Below are positions 53,007 to 62,524 of a stretch of 64,000 nt of DNA, in pieces. This DNA comes from Actinomycetota bacterium (GTDB taxonomy: Bacteria; Actinomycetota; Thermoleophilia; Gaiellales; F1-60-MAGs149). Each line of letters opens with the position of its first letter. Position 1 is the first letter of the stretch. Both the position numbers and the translations under genes were made by a program. Location: assembly GCA_009885805.1 (NCBI GenBank), contig VFJZ01000035.1, positions 10,107 to 74,106 on the forward strand, read 5' to 3'. The notes under the pieces were generated by a model. It did not search any database. It saw only the letters and a list, made by a program, of their open reading frames with translations, and had not been told where the DNA came from.

Positions 53007-55386
53007 GCCAGACGAAGGTCGACTTGCCGATCCGTGGCCCGTACTTCGCGGCCGCCTTCGCGCCGAAGCCGGGCCAGACGTACCAGGTGTACGTCCTGCC
53101 CGCGGTCAACCTCGCCGGCGCAAGCCGGAAACTCGTCCCGGTCGGCCAGGTGTCGACGATCTTCCTGCCGGCCTCGTAGATCTGGACGTTGTAGTAGTTG
53201 GCGCGCGCGACGCGCTTCCAGCGGAGCTTGACTGCGCCGCGGACGTCGGAGCCGCTCTCAGGAAACAGCCCGAAGACCGGGAGCCGAACGCGTACGGCCT
53301 TCGACGCGCTGACGTTGTCGGCGTCGTCCACGGCGAACACGCGGTAGTAGACCGCCGTGCCGGCGGTCTGCACCCGCGAGACCGTCACCGCCTTCCCGCT
53401 GTACACCCGGGTGCCGTCAGTCAGGTTCCTCGGCGCGCGCCGCGCGTTGCGCACGACGACAACACGGTCGAGGTCGGCAGCGGTCGGGAGCTTCCAGGTG
53501 AGGACGATCTTCGTCCCCTTCGCCTTCGCCCGGAGCGGGCCCGGCGAGCCCGGGAAAGTGCGGTCGGGTACCGTGACCGAGGCGGTTGCGGCGGCGAGTG
53601 AGGCGTTCCCGGCGAGGTCGAGCGCGAAGATCGCGTAGCGGTAACTCGTCTCCTCGGCCGGCGTCGTGTCGGTGCAGCTACTCGAGCCAGCGAGGACGGG
53701 CGGGCACACCTCCTCGCCGTCGCTCGGCGACGACGGCACGGCAGGCGCGGGCAGGCGTCGCACCATGTAGCGCATCACACCGGTGCCGGGCTCGCCGTTG
53801 GGAGCGTTCGGGTCGGACGACTCGGCCCAGTCGAGCAGCACCGACTGCTGCGTGGCGTGGAGGCGGGCGCGGGGCGTCGTCGGCGCCGACGGGCGCACCG
53901 TGTCGATCGTCACGGTGCGGGTACGGGACAACGAGTAGAGCGCGCCGTCGAAGGCGCGGATCGTGTAGGTGTACTGGCCGTCCGCGCTGCCGTCGAGCGG
54001 AATCCCGAGGTCGGTGAACGACGTGCCCGTGACGGGACTGCCACCGTTCAGCAGCGTCGCGCCGCGGCTGAGTTCGTAGCCGACGACGTCACCGGACGCG
54101 GACGCCGGCCAGGTCAGGGCCGGGGCGACACCGGTGTAGAGGGGCGCGTTCAGCGCCGTCGGGCGGATCGGCGCGAAATTGTCGACGCGGAGGTTCAACC
54201 GCAAGCCGCTCGCCGCGGGGTTGCCCGCGAGGTCGAACGCGACGAGGCGGAAGTCGTACAGATCGTCATCCGCCTGCATCGGTGTCCACGAGACGGAGGT
54301 GAACAGGCTCGCGATGTCGGTGTCGCGGGTCGTCCAGGTGTTCGCGACGGCCGGCGAGGTCTGCAGCTCGACCCGCTCGATTCCGGATCCGTCATCGGCG
54401 GGAGCGGAGAAGGTGATCGAGATCGGGCCGCCGAGCTTCGTGTTGTTCGCGGGAAGCGCCCCGAAGCTGGCCGCGGTCGGCGCCGTGTTGTCGGTTTGCA
54501 CCGTGACCGATGCCGCGGCGGTGTCGTTGTTCCCGACGACGTCGGTCGTCTCGACGCTGATCGTCCAGGATCCGTCCTCCCCCGGGACAGGAGTCCAGGT
54601 CGCCGTCGCGACGCCCGACGCAATCGCCGCCGAGAGGGTGAACGCGTTCGCCCCCGGCCCATCGCCGTGGAACTCGACCGAGCCCACCCCCGATCCGGCG
54701 CCGTCGGCGACATTCGCGGACAGCGCGACCGCCCCGTGCTGCTGCAGGCCTGCTCCCGGGAGGTTGACGGTGGCCGTGGCGAGGGTGTTGTCGACCTTGA
54801 TGGTGGTGCGCGTCACGGTCGTCGCGTTGCCGGCGGCGTCGGTCGCGACGGCGCGGAGCCCGTAGGTCACGTCGCCGCCGATCGTCGTGTCCCAGGTCAG
54901 CGGGGTGGCGCCCGACGCGGCTGGCTGCCAACTGGTCACGCCCGGCGGGTCGTACTCCAGCACGATGGTGCTCGCCCCAGAGGCGGTGTACGGCACGGAG
55001 ACGGTCCCGCGCACGAAGCTGTCGTCGGTTGGGAGCGTCGGCGAGAACGTCGGCGGGACGGTGTCGATCGTCACGCTGACCGTGTTCGATGCGCCGGCGG
55101 CGGCTCCGTCGGTCGAGTCGACGCGATAGCAGTACGTGCCGTCGGCCAGGCCCGAGTCGGTGTGCGTGAGCACTGCGACCCCTAGGGCGATCGACGTTGC
55201 GGCGGGGCACGTCGCGCCGCGGAAGACGTCCCACAACGTGGCACCGTCGCCATCCGTCCACGTGAGCACCGGGTCCGTGTTCGTCACCGACGGACCGGAC
55301 AGGACGGGCGCCGCGAGACCGAGCGCCGGAAACGCGAGCAGCGCGACAACTCCCCCCAGAACGACCCGCCTCACGTACCTCGTCAT
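52999..55386 (-). CDS. Large secreted Ig-like/FN3 repeat protein (795 aa)
   Basis: Signal VVLGGVVALLAFPALGLA; multiple repeats ending in VD.[TN].[AP]P; related in style to the 13549..15267 protein. Confidence 0.8.
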   Translation of the reverse strand: MTRYVRRVVLGGVVALLAFPALGLAAPVLSGPSVTNTDPVLTWTDGDGATLWDVFRGATCPAATSIALGVAVLTHTDSGLADGTYCYRVDSTDGAAAGASNTVSVTIDTVPPTFSPTLPTDDSFVRGTVSVPYTASGASTIVLEYDPPGVTSWQPAASGATPLTWDTTIGGDVTYGLRAVATDAAGNATTVTRTTIKVDNTLATATVNLPGAGLQQHGAVALSANVADGAGSGVGSVEFHGDGPGANAFTLSAAIASGVATATWTPVPGEDGSWTISVETTDVVGNNDTAAASVTVQTDNTAPTAASFGALPANNTKLGGPISITFSAPADDGSGIERVELQTSPAVANTWTTRDTDIASLFTSVSWTPMQADDDLYDFRLVAFDLAGNPAASGLRLNLRVDNFAPIRPTALNAPLYTGVAPALTWPASASGDVVGYELSRGATLLNGGSPVTGTSFTDLGIPLDGSADGQYTYTIRAFDGALYSLSRTRTVTIDTVRPSAPTTPRARLHATQQSVLLDWAESSDPNAPNGEPGTGVMRYMVRRLPAPAVPSSPSDGEEVCPPVLAGSSSCTDTTPAEETSYRYAIFALDLAGNASLAAATASVTVPDRTFPGSPGPLRAKAKGTKIVLTWKLPTAADLDRVVVVRNARRAPRNLTDGTRVYSGKAVTVSRVQTAGTAVYYRVFAVDDADNVSASKAVRVRLPVFGLFPESGSDVRGAVKLRWKRVARANYYNVQIYEAGRKIVDTWPTGTSFRLAPARLTAGRTYTWYVWPGFGAKAAAKYGPRIGKSTFVWLG

Positions 55387-55387
55387 A

Positions 55388-56329
55388 TCACCGTTTCCGC
55401 CGGAGCGCCACGAGCGAGAGCATCTCGTACAGCACGTTCGCGGCGATCAGACTGGTCTGCTGGCCCGGCCCGTCGTAGGCCGGCGCGACCTCGACGACAT
55501 CGAAGCCGCGGAAGTCGATATCGGTCAGCGCGCGCACGAACTCAAGCGCTTCGAAGCTCGTCGGCCCGCCGACCTCCGGCGTTCCGGTGGCGGGCGCGTA
55601 GCTCGGATCGACGAAATCGATGTCGAACGTCAGGAACGCGGCGCCGTCGCCGACCCGGGCGCGCACGCGGTCGCCGTAGTCGGCGGGGCTCATCCGGGCG
55701 AGCCGCTGCCACGGAATCATCTCCAGGCCGAGCTCGGCGTGCATGGCGTAGTCGCCGGGTCCGTACAGGGAACCGCGCATCCCCGCCTGCAGCGACCGGG
55801 CCGGGTCGATCAGCCCCTCCTCGATCGCGCGCCGGAACAGCGTGCCGTGGTTCAACGGCCGGCCGAAGTAGCTGTCCCAGATGTCGCCGTGCGAGTCGAG
55901 GTGGACGAGCCCGAGCGGGCCATGCGCCGCCGCCAGCGCGCGCAGCTCACCGAGCGTGACGGAGTGGTCGCCACCGACGCCGATGCCGACGACGCCGGCC
56001 GCCGCGACGGGCGCCACGTGCTCGACGATGCGCGCCAGGGAGTCCTCGATGTAGCCAGGAACGCTCGGAGCGTCGCCGTAGTCCACGCAGGAGAGGTTGC
56101 CGAACGCCATCACGTCCTGCACGGGGTTGTACGGCCGCAGCATCGCGCTCGCGCTCCGCACCCCCTCGGGCCCGAAGCGGGCACCGGGGCGCATCGTCGT
56201 CGCGCCGTCCCACGGCAACCCGTAGATCGCGACGTCGACGCCCGTGAGATCCGTCACCGCCGGCAGGCGCGCAAACGTCCGCGGCCCCGTGTAGCGCGGG
56301 GCGGCAAGGGCGTCGGCCGGCTCATGCAC
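55388..56329 (-). CDS. speB: Agmatinase / ureohydrolase family protein
   Basis: GLPWDGATTMRPGARFGP, GGDHSV, HLDSHGD, FDIDFVDP, EV.P.YD Mn-binding motifs; start set to GTG 56329 (uncertain). Confidence 0.85.
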   Translation of the reverse strand: MHEPADALAAPRYTGPRTFARLPAVTDLTGVDVAIYGLPWDGATTMRPGARFGPEGVRSASAMLRPYNPVQDVMAFGNLSCVDYGDAPSVPGYIEDSLARIVEHVAPVAAAGVVGIGVGGDHSVTLGELRALAAAHGPLGLVHLDSHGDIWDSYFGRPLNHGTLFRRAIEEGLIDPARSLQAGMRGSLYGPGDYAMHAELGLEMIPWQRLARMSPADYGDRVRARVGDGAAFLTFDIDFVDPSYAPATGTPEVGGPTSFEALEFVRALTDIDFRGFDVVEVAPAYDGPGQQTSLIAANVLYEMLSLVALRRKR

Positions 56330-56354
56330 GGCCGGATCGTACTCGCTGCCCCAC

Positions 56355-56981
56355 TCAGGCTCGGGTGATGGTCGCGACCCCGGTGAACAGGCACGCGGCC
56401 TCGCCGCCCGGATTGGGCGCGCTCTGCCAGTCGATCGCGATGTCGGTGCCGTCGGGCAGCGCGACGTGCATCCCACCCGCAAACGAACCGGCCTCGGCGA
56501 GGAAGTTGACGAACCCGTCTGCGACCAGGAGATCCGGCGCGACGACGCCGCCTGGTGGACCGAGATCGGTGCCGACCCAGAAGCCGTTGAACGTCGTGTG
56601 GTCGACGGACGTGGCGACGTCGATGCTGAGGACGCTGGCCGCCAGGCACTGAGCGCGGACCGAGACTCCTGCAGCCTCGAAGATGAGGGCGTCGGCCGAA
56701 CTCGGCGACGCTCGGAAGTGAAGCCGCCGGAGTTCGATGCCGCCGACCGTCGCGGCGTTCGCCGCTCGCGCGGCCCGCGGGACCGTCCCGAGACGCGCCA
56801 GATCGATGTCGGCGCCGGTCAGCGAGGCGTTTTTCACCTTCGCGCCGGTGACGGCGTTGCGCTTCAGCTGAGCAGTGCCGACGCTGTTTCGCGGCAACGC
56901 CGCCGCCCAGGCGGTGCCACCGATCGCGACGACGAGGGCGAGCGTGGCGACCGCCAGCGCCGGGGACGGGGTTCTGGCCAT
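56355..56981 (-). CDS. Secreted hypothetical protein
   Basis: Signal ALAVATLALVVAIGGTAWA; N-terminal LKRNAVTGAKVKNASLTGADI motif; no family assigned. Confidence 0.6.
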   Translation of the reverse strand: MARTPSPALAVATLALVVAIGGTAWAAALPRNSVGTAQLKRNAVTGAKVKNASLTGADIDLARLGTVPRAARAANAATVGGIELRRLHFRASPSSADALIFEAAGVSVRAQCLAASVLSIDVATSVDHTTFNGFWVGTDLGPPGGVVAPDLLVADGFVNFLAEAGSFAGGMHVALPDGTDIAIDWQSAPNPGGEAACLFTGVATITRA

Positions 56982-57013
56982 GGCGACCGTATCGGCACGT
57001 GTGCGCCAGCCCG

Positions 57014-57472
57014 TTACGACGGCGAGGGGTCGGCGGCGAGGTCGTGCGCCGTCGCCCGCAGCACCCGCACGAGATCGGTCGCGGCGACCTCCACGATCAC
57101 GCCGCGTTGCCCGCCGTTCAGCGCGATCTGCTCGTGGCGCAGCAACGCCTCGTCGACGTAGACGGGCAGCGCACGCCGGGCGCCGAACGGCGAGATGCCG
57201 CCGACGAGGTAGCCGGTAAGCCGCTCGGCGTCACGCGAGTCGGCGAGCTGCGCCTGCTTGGCGCCGGACGCGCGGGCGAGCTTCTTCAACGACAGCTCAC
57301 GATCGCCGGGCATCAGGACGAAGGCCGGATCGCCGCCGACCTCGACGACCAGGGTCTTCGCGAAGCGCTCGAGCGGCAGGCCCAGGGCGGTGGCCGCGAA
57401 CTCGGCTCCCCTCTCGAGGTGCTCGTAGGTGAGCGCGGCGAACGCGACGTTCTCACGCCGCAGGAAGCGCAT
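57014..57472 (-). CDS. ybaK: YbaK/aminoacyl-tRNA deacylase family protein
   Basis: ATG 57472; KTLVVEV...FVLMPGDRELSLKKLA...TGYLVGGISPFG. Confidence 0.8.
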   Translation of the reverse strand: MRFLRRENVAFAALTYEHLERGAEFAATALGLPLERFAKTLVVEVGGDPAFVLMPGDRELSLKKLARASGAKQAQLADSRDAERLTGYLVGGISPFGARRALPVYVDEALLRHEQIALNGGQRGVIVEVAATDLVRVLRATAHDLAADPSPS

Positions 57473-57533
57473 CGCCCGGGTATCGGCCACGACCCCATTC
57501 AACAGGATTACGCGCCGTCGCGCGATCGGTACT

Positions 57534-58577
57534 GTGCGAAGCGTGCGGCCATTCGCGAACGGAGCCCTGGCCGGAGCCGGGCTCGCCATCATCGCCGGTC
57601 TCGGCGTAACGGCGCTCGCGGCCGTCACGCCGTCGAACGATTACCTGTTTCTGCCCTCGCCGGCGCGGCCCGTTGCGCCGGTCGTCTCCGTCCAGGGCGA
57701 GACGGCCGACCCGCCAGCGGGCGGTCCCGGATTCCTCTATACGGCGATCGTCTCGCGACACGCGACGCGGCTCGAGGCCTGGTTGCCGTTCGTGCGCGAC
57801 GACGACAGCGAACTCGTGCCAAGCCACCTGCTGGTGCCCGAGGGGAGCAGCGAGACGGAGCAGGACGCGATCGACAAGGCCGCCATGACCGACTCGCAGA
57901 AGACCGCGGCCGCCGTTGCGGAGCGCGCGCTCGGTCTCGCTGTCCGCATCTCGACCGATGGCGTCCGGGTCAACGACACGGCGCTGGCCGATGGCTCGCC
58001 GGCTCGCGAGGCGGGCCTCAGGTCGGGCGACGTCATCACGGAGGTGTCAGCGGTGCCGGTCGAGACGCTGGCCGGACTCCGTCAGATCCTCCTCGCGAAG
58101 CGCCCCGGCGACATCGTCCCGGTGGCGTACCGGCGCGGGACGGAGGCGCTAACGACCAGTGTTCGCCTCCGCCGGGCACCCGACGATGCGAAGCGGGCGA
58201 TCCTCGGGATCTCGGCGCAGGACGAGGTCACCATCGACCTCGCGAAAACCGTCAAGTTCGAGATCGGTGCCGTCGAGGGCCCGTCCGCGGGACTGGTGTT
58301 CGCGCTCGAGATCTACAGCGCGCTGTCAGATCGTCGGCTGGCCGGTGACCACCGGGTCGCCGTGACGGGCTCGATCGAGATCGGCGGCCAGGTCGGCCCG
58401 ATCGGCGGTGTCGCCCAGAAGGTGATCGGCGCGGCCGAGGCCGGCGCCGACATCCTGATCGTGCCGCGCGAGAACGAGGACGATGCCCGCGCGGCCGCCC
58501 CGCCGGGCCTGCGCGTGATCGCCGTCACCACGTTCGACGAGGCGCTCACGGCACTCGGCGACCTGGCGGCGAAATGA
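57534..58577 (+). CDS. PDZ domain-containing Lon-like S16 peptidase (YlbL family)
   Basis: N-terminal TM, PDZ (SPAREAGLRSGDVITEV), Lon catalytic GPSAGL and GGVAQKVIGA; start moved to GTG 57534 to clear ybaK. Confidence 0.8.
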   Translation: MRSVRPFANGALAGAGLAIIAGLGVTALAAVTPSNDYLFLPSPARPVAPVVSVQGETADPPAGGPGFLYTAIVSRHATRLEAWLPFVRDDDSELVPSHLLVPEGSSETEQDAIDKAAMTDSQKTAAAVAERALGLAVRISTDGVRVNDTALADGSPAREAGLRSGDVITEVSAVPVETLAGLRQILLAKRPGDIVPVAYRRGTEALTTSVRLRRAPDDAKRAILGISAQDEVTIDLAKTVKFEIGAVEGPSAGLVFALEIYSALSDRRLAGDHRVAVTGSIEIGGQVGPIGGVAQKVIGAAEAGADILIVPRENEDDARAAAPPGLRVIAVTTFDEALTALGDLAAK

Positions 58578-58705
58578 CGCGCAAATTGGTCGCCACCTGA
58601 ACGGTTGCCGGTTGCGGCGGGCGCGCCGCCACGCTAGGTTTCACCACGTTCGAGACGCGCTCTCTGTTCCACCTCGAGCCCGTTTCGACCTCATCCGACG
58701 CGACC

Positions 58706-58930
58706 TTGTGGGAGGACGCGAGAACGTTGGCCCCTGCTCGCACATGTGAGGACTGCTACTTCCGCCGCAAGGCCCTGTGCGCGCTCGCCCGGACCGAGCC
58801 GTGCCCGACGTTCCGGGAGATGCGCAGCGGTCGCCTGCGAGCCCCGCGGCAGGCGCCGCTTCTCGCGCCGACCGCTGACGGTCGGCGCCGCGGTGATCTG
58901 GCGACGGCCGCCGTATCCTGTCCGGCGTGA
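58706..58930 (+). CDS. Small Cys-rich hypothetical protein (candidate)
   Basis: TTG start; CEDCYFRRKALCALARTEPCPTF; stop overlaps the GTG of the next gene (GTGA). Confidence 0.35.
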   Translation: MWEDARTLAPARTCEDCYFRRKALCALARTEPCPTFREMRSGRLRAPRQAPLLAPTADGRRRGDLATAAVSCPA

Positions 58931-59208
58931 AGCGGCCCGAACGCAACTCGGAGCAGGGGCTCTACGCGCTCATCGCCGTCGCGGCGGTGGTGGTCATCTA
59001 CCTCGTCGCGTTCGTCGTCCAGAACTCGACGCGCGTGCCCGTCTCCTTCGTGGCGTTCGAGACCGACGCGCCGCTGATCGGCGTGATCCTCCTGAGCGTG
59101 CTGGCCGGAACCGTGATCGGCGTCGGGGTGGGGCGACTCGCGGACCGACGACGGCGCCGACGTCAGGCGCGGTCGGGCACCGCGAACGGGCCGACCGCGG
59201 CCTCGTAG
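58927..59208 (+). CDS. LapA-domain (DUF1049-like) small membrane protein
   Basis: LIAVAAVVVIYLVAFVVQNSTRVPVSF...APLIGVILLSVLAGTVIGVGVG followed by an Arg-rich tail. Confidence 0.6.
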   Translation: MKRPERNSEQGLYALIAVAAVVVIYLVAFVVQNSTRVPVSFVAFETDAPLIGVILLSVLAGTVIGVGVGRLADRRRRRRQARSGTANGPTAAS

Positions 59209-60560
59209 GCAGCACCGAGCGCGAGCACGGTGGCGTCGGCGAAGCGCCGGCCGACGACCTGGAGCCCGACCGGCAGGCCGTCATCGAATCCGCACGGGAC
59301 GGTCAGCGCAGCACCGCCGGTGAGGTTGAACGGGTACGTGAACGTCGTCCAGCCGAGGTAGGAGACGACGCGCCCCGCGACGGTGCCCGGATGGTCGTCA
59401 CCGGCCGCGAAGGCGGTGCACGGAAGGGTCGGGCAGACGAGGACGTCGTAGCCGGCGAGCGCCACTCGAAAGCGATCGACCCACGCCGACCGTCGCTGGT
59501 AGGCCGCTGCGACCTCGACGCCGGACAGCGCGAGGCCCGACTCGATGACCGGGACGAGACCGGGATCGAGCAGGTCGCGGCACTCCTGCAGCCGCGGTGC
59601 GTGCACGGCGGCAAGCGCGGCTTCCCAGATCGTCCGCTCGATCTCCCAGGGATCGTCAAGCGCGAGGGCGACCTCCCTGACGTCGTGCCCGAGGTCACGC
59701 ACAACGTCGACGGCGGCCGCGACGCGGGCGGCGACGCCGGGCTCGACGACGCCGAAGGAGAGATCGGCGCTCCAGGCGATCCGCAACGGCTGCAGCGGCG
59801 TCCGCAGCGCGGCGAGGTAGGAGCCGGCGGGCGGGTCGACGGAGATCCGATCACGTTCGTCGGCACCCGCCATGACGTCGAGCATCAGGGCGCAGTCGGC
59901 AACCGTACGGGTGATCGGCCCCATGTGCGAGACGGTCTCGATCGCACTGGGCGGGTACTGCGGCACGAGGCCATACGTCGGCTTCAGGCCGACGACGCCG
60001 CAGAAGGAGGCGGGAATGCGCACCGAGCCGGCACCGTCCGATCCCTGGTGCAGGGGCCCGAACCCGGCGGCGGCGGCCGCGGCGGTGCCGCCACTCGATC
60101 CGCCCGCGGTACGCCCCTGCCGCCACGGGTTGTGGCACGGTCCGTTGCGGCGGTTGCCCGAATCGCCCTTCCAGCCCAGCTCCGGCGTCGTCGTCTTGCC
60201 GAGGAGGACGCCGCCGGCGGCCGCGAGGCGCTCGGCGACGGGCGCGTCGAAGCCTGCGTCCTCGACGCCCCAGACGAGGGAGCCGCGCCCGGTCGGAATG
60301 CCGCGCGTGGTAACGAGATCCTTGAGCGAGTAGGGGACACCGCAGATCGGGCCGGCCGTCCCGGCCGCCCACGCCGCCGAGGCGTCGCGGGCATCGCTCC
60401 GGGCGCGCTCGGCGGTGACGGTCACGAAGGCGTTGATGTCGCCGTCGAGACGGGCGATCCGCTCCAGCGTCGCCTCGGTGACCTCGACCGGGTCGAGCGT
60501 GCGCGCGCCGTACGCGGCCAGCAACTGGCAGGCGTCGAGGGTCGTGATGTCGTCGGTCAC
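59163..60560 (-). CDS. Amidase (amidase-signature family)
   Basis: GTG 60560 (GTGA overlap with the upstream gene); GGSSGGTAAAAAAG..GSDGAGSVRIPASFCG AS signature, K in YSLKDL. Confidence 0.85.
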   Translation of the reverse strand: MTDDITTLDACQLLAAYGARTLDPVEVTEATLERIARLDGDINAFVTVTAERARSDARDASAAWAAGTAGPICGVPYSLKDLVTTRGIPTGRGSLVWGVEDAGFDAPVAERLAAAGGVLLGKTTTPELGWKGDSGNRRNGPCHNPWRQGRTAGGSSGGTAAAAAAGFGPLHQGSDGAGSVRIPASFCGVVGLKPTYGLVPQYPPSAIETVSHMGPITRTVADCALMLDVMAGADERDRISVDPPAGSYLAALRTPLQPLRIAWSADLSFGVVEPGVAARVAAAVDVVRDLGHDVREVALALDDPWEIERTIWEAALAAVHAPRLQECRDLLDPGLVPVIESGLALSGVEVAAAYQRRSAWVDRFRVALAGYDVLVCPTLPCTAFAAGDDHPGTVAGRVVSYLGWTTFTYPFNLTGGAALTVPCGFDDGLPVGLQVVGRRFADATVLALGAAYEAAVGPFAVPDRA

Positions 60561-61648
60561 ACCAGCGCGGCGAGGCGGGCCACGCCCTCGTCCATGTCGG
60601 TGGCCGGGCACGCGGAGTAGGCGAGGCGCAGCGCGTCACCGCCCCTGCCATCGATGAAGCACGTCGACCCCTTGACGACGGGGACGCCGGCGGCGGCGGC
60701 ACGATCGGCCAGGGCGTCAGCGTCGACGCCCGGGAACTGCACCCAGAGGAAGTAGCCGCCCTCGGGCGGGACGTACGTAACGCGCTGGCCGAGGTGGCGA
60801 TCCAACGCGGCGACGAGCGCGTCGCGCCGCTCGAGCAGGGCAAGACGCATCCGCTCGACTCCCGGTTCGAAGCAGCCGGCCGCGCAGTAGGCGTGGACGG
60901 TGGACTCGGCCAGCATCGACGGGCCGATGTAGGTATCGGTCGCGAGCGCACGCAACCGCGCGTGCAGGGCGGGCGGGAGGATCATCGCGCCGGTGCGAAC
61001 GCCCGGCGCGACCGTCTTCGTGAACGAGGTCGAGAAGATGACGGTACCGGCGGCGCCGTCGAGGTCGAACAGCCGCGGCACCGCGGTGCCGGCGAAGCGG
61101 AGCTCTCCGTACGGGTCGTCCTCGAGGATCGTGAAGCGGTGCTCGCGGGCGAGCGCGACGAGGCGCTCGCGCTTCGCGGCCGAGAGCGTCGTCCCGCCCG
61201 GGTTCTGGAACGTCGGGATCGTGTAGACGAGGCCCGGCGTCCGTCCAGCCCGGCACATCGCCTCGATCGCGTCGACGTCGAGGCCGTCGCGCTGGAGATC
61301 GACCGCCTCGACGGTCGCCCCGAACCGCCGCAGGATCAGAATCGCCCGGTCGTAGGTCGGCGCCTCCACGACGGCGCGCCCGCCCGAGCCGGCGAACATC
61401 GCCTCGGCGAGGAAGGCGAGGCCCTGCAGCGAGCCGTTGGTACAGAGGACGCGGCTGGCGTCGCCATTGCCGTAGCGATCGGCGACCCACTGCCGCAGGG
61501 GGGCGTAGCCAGCGCCGTCGCCGTAGGCGAGTGCGCCGGCCGGGTCGTCGTCGAGGGCGCGCTGCGCGGCCGCCTTCAGCTCGGCGACGGGCAGCAGGTC
61601 CGGCGAGGGGACGCCGCGCGCGAAGGAGATCACGGTCCGCGTCGGCAT
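60557..61648 (-). CDS. PLP-dependent aminotransferase, class I/II
   Basis: TNGSLQGL, PTFQNPGG, ILEDDPYGELRF, STSFTKTVAPGVR (PLP Lys). Confidence 0.85.
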   Translation of the reverse strand: MPTRTVISFARGVPSPDLLPVAELKAAAQRALDDDPAGALAYGDGAGYAPLRQWVADRYGNGDASRVLCTNGSLQGLAFLAEAMFAGSGGRAVVEAPTYDRAILILRRFGATVEAVDLQRDGLDVDAIEAMCRAGRTPGLVYTIPTFQNPGGTTLSAAKRERLVALAREHRFTILEDDPYGELRFAGTAVPRLFDLDGAAGTVIFSTSFTKTVAPGVRTGAMILPPALHARLRALATDTYIGPSMLAESTVHAYCAAGCFEPGVERMRLALLERRDALVAALDRHLGQRVTYVPPEGGYFLWVQFPGVDADALADRAAAAGVPVVKGSTCFIDGRGGDALRLAYSACPATDMDEGVARLAALV

Positions 61649-61651
61649 CGA

Positions 61652-62524
61652 CTACCTCCCCACGTGCGCCGTCACCAGTTCGGCGACCTCGGTCGGGTTC
61701 GTGCCGACGCGGACGCCCTTCGCCTCCAGCGCCTCCTTCTTGGCGGCGGCCGTGCCCGCCGAGCCCGAGATGATCGCGCCCGCATGGCCCATCGTCTTCC
61801 CCGGCGGCGCGGTGAAGCCGGCGATGTACGCGAAGACGGGCTTCGTGACGTGCGCGGCAATGTAGTCCGCGGCCTTCTCCTCCTCGTTGCCGCCGATCTC
61901 GCCGACGATCACGATCAGCTCCGTCTGCTCGTCGGCCTCGAACAGCTCGAGGGCGTCGATGAAGCTCGTGCCGACGACCGGGTCGCCACCGATGCCGACG
62001 ATGGTGGAGTTGCCGAGGCCCGACTGGGCCAGCTCGGCGCCGATCTGGTACGTCAGCGTCCCCGAGCGCGAGACGAGACCGACGCCCCCCTGCGCGAACA
62101 CCTGCGCCGGGATGATGCCGACGTTCGCCCGTCCCGGCGAGAGTGCGCCCGGGCAGTTCGGACCGAGCAGGCGGATGCCGCGCGGTCTCAGGTACGTGTA
62201 GACAGCGAGCATCTCGTGAGCGGGAATGCCCTCCGCGATGCAGACGATCAGGCCGATGCCGGCGTCGGCAGCCTCGAACATCGCGTCGGCCGCGAACCGC
62301 GGCGGGACGAACACCATCGACGTGTTCGCGCCGGTCTCACGCACGGCGTCGGCGACCGTGTCGAAGACGGGGATGCCATCGACGTCGCTGCCGCCCTTCC
62401 CTGGCGTCACACCGGCGACGACCGTCGTCCCGTAGTCGCGGTTGCGCAGCGTGTGGAACGTGCCCTCGCGGCCCGTGATGCCCTGCACCACGAGGCGCGT
62501 CTGCTCCGTCACCAGGATCGCCAT
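61652..62524 (-). CDS. sucD: Succinate--CoA ligase subunit alpha
   Basis: ATG 62524 (ATGA overlap with sucC); [28 protein letters not shown] (catalytic His). Confidence 0.95.
   Translation of the reverse strand: MAILVTEQTRLVVQGITGREGTFHTLRNRDYGTTVVAGVTPGKGGSDVDGIPVFDTVADAVRETGANTSMVFVPPRFAADAMFEAADAGIGLIVCIAEGIPAHEMLAVYTYLRPRGIRLLGPNCPGALSPGRANVGIIPAQVFAQGGVGLVSRSGTLTYQIGAELAQSGLGNSTIVGIGGDPVVGTSFIDALELFEADEQTELIVIVGEIGGNEEEKAADYIAAHVTKPVFAYIAGFTAPPGKTMGHAGAIISGSAGTAAAKKEALEAKGVRVGTNPTEVAELVTAHVGR

Noticed and set aside
57429-57533. ATG 57429 as the start of the PDZ/Lon-like protease.
   Set aside because: It would overlap the divergent ybaK coding region by 44 nt and adds Arg-rich non-homologous residues. 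GTG 57534, just before the TM segment, is more plausible. This is not proven.
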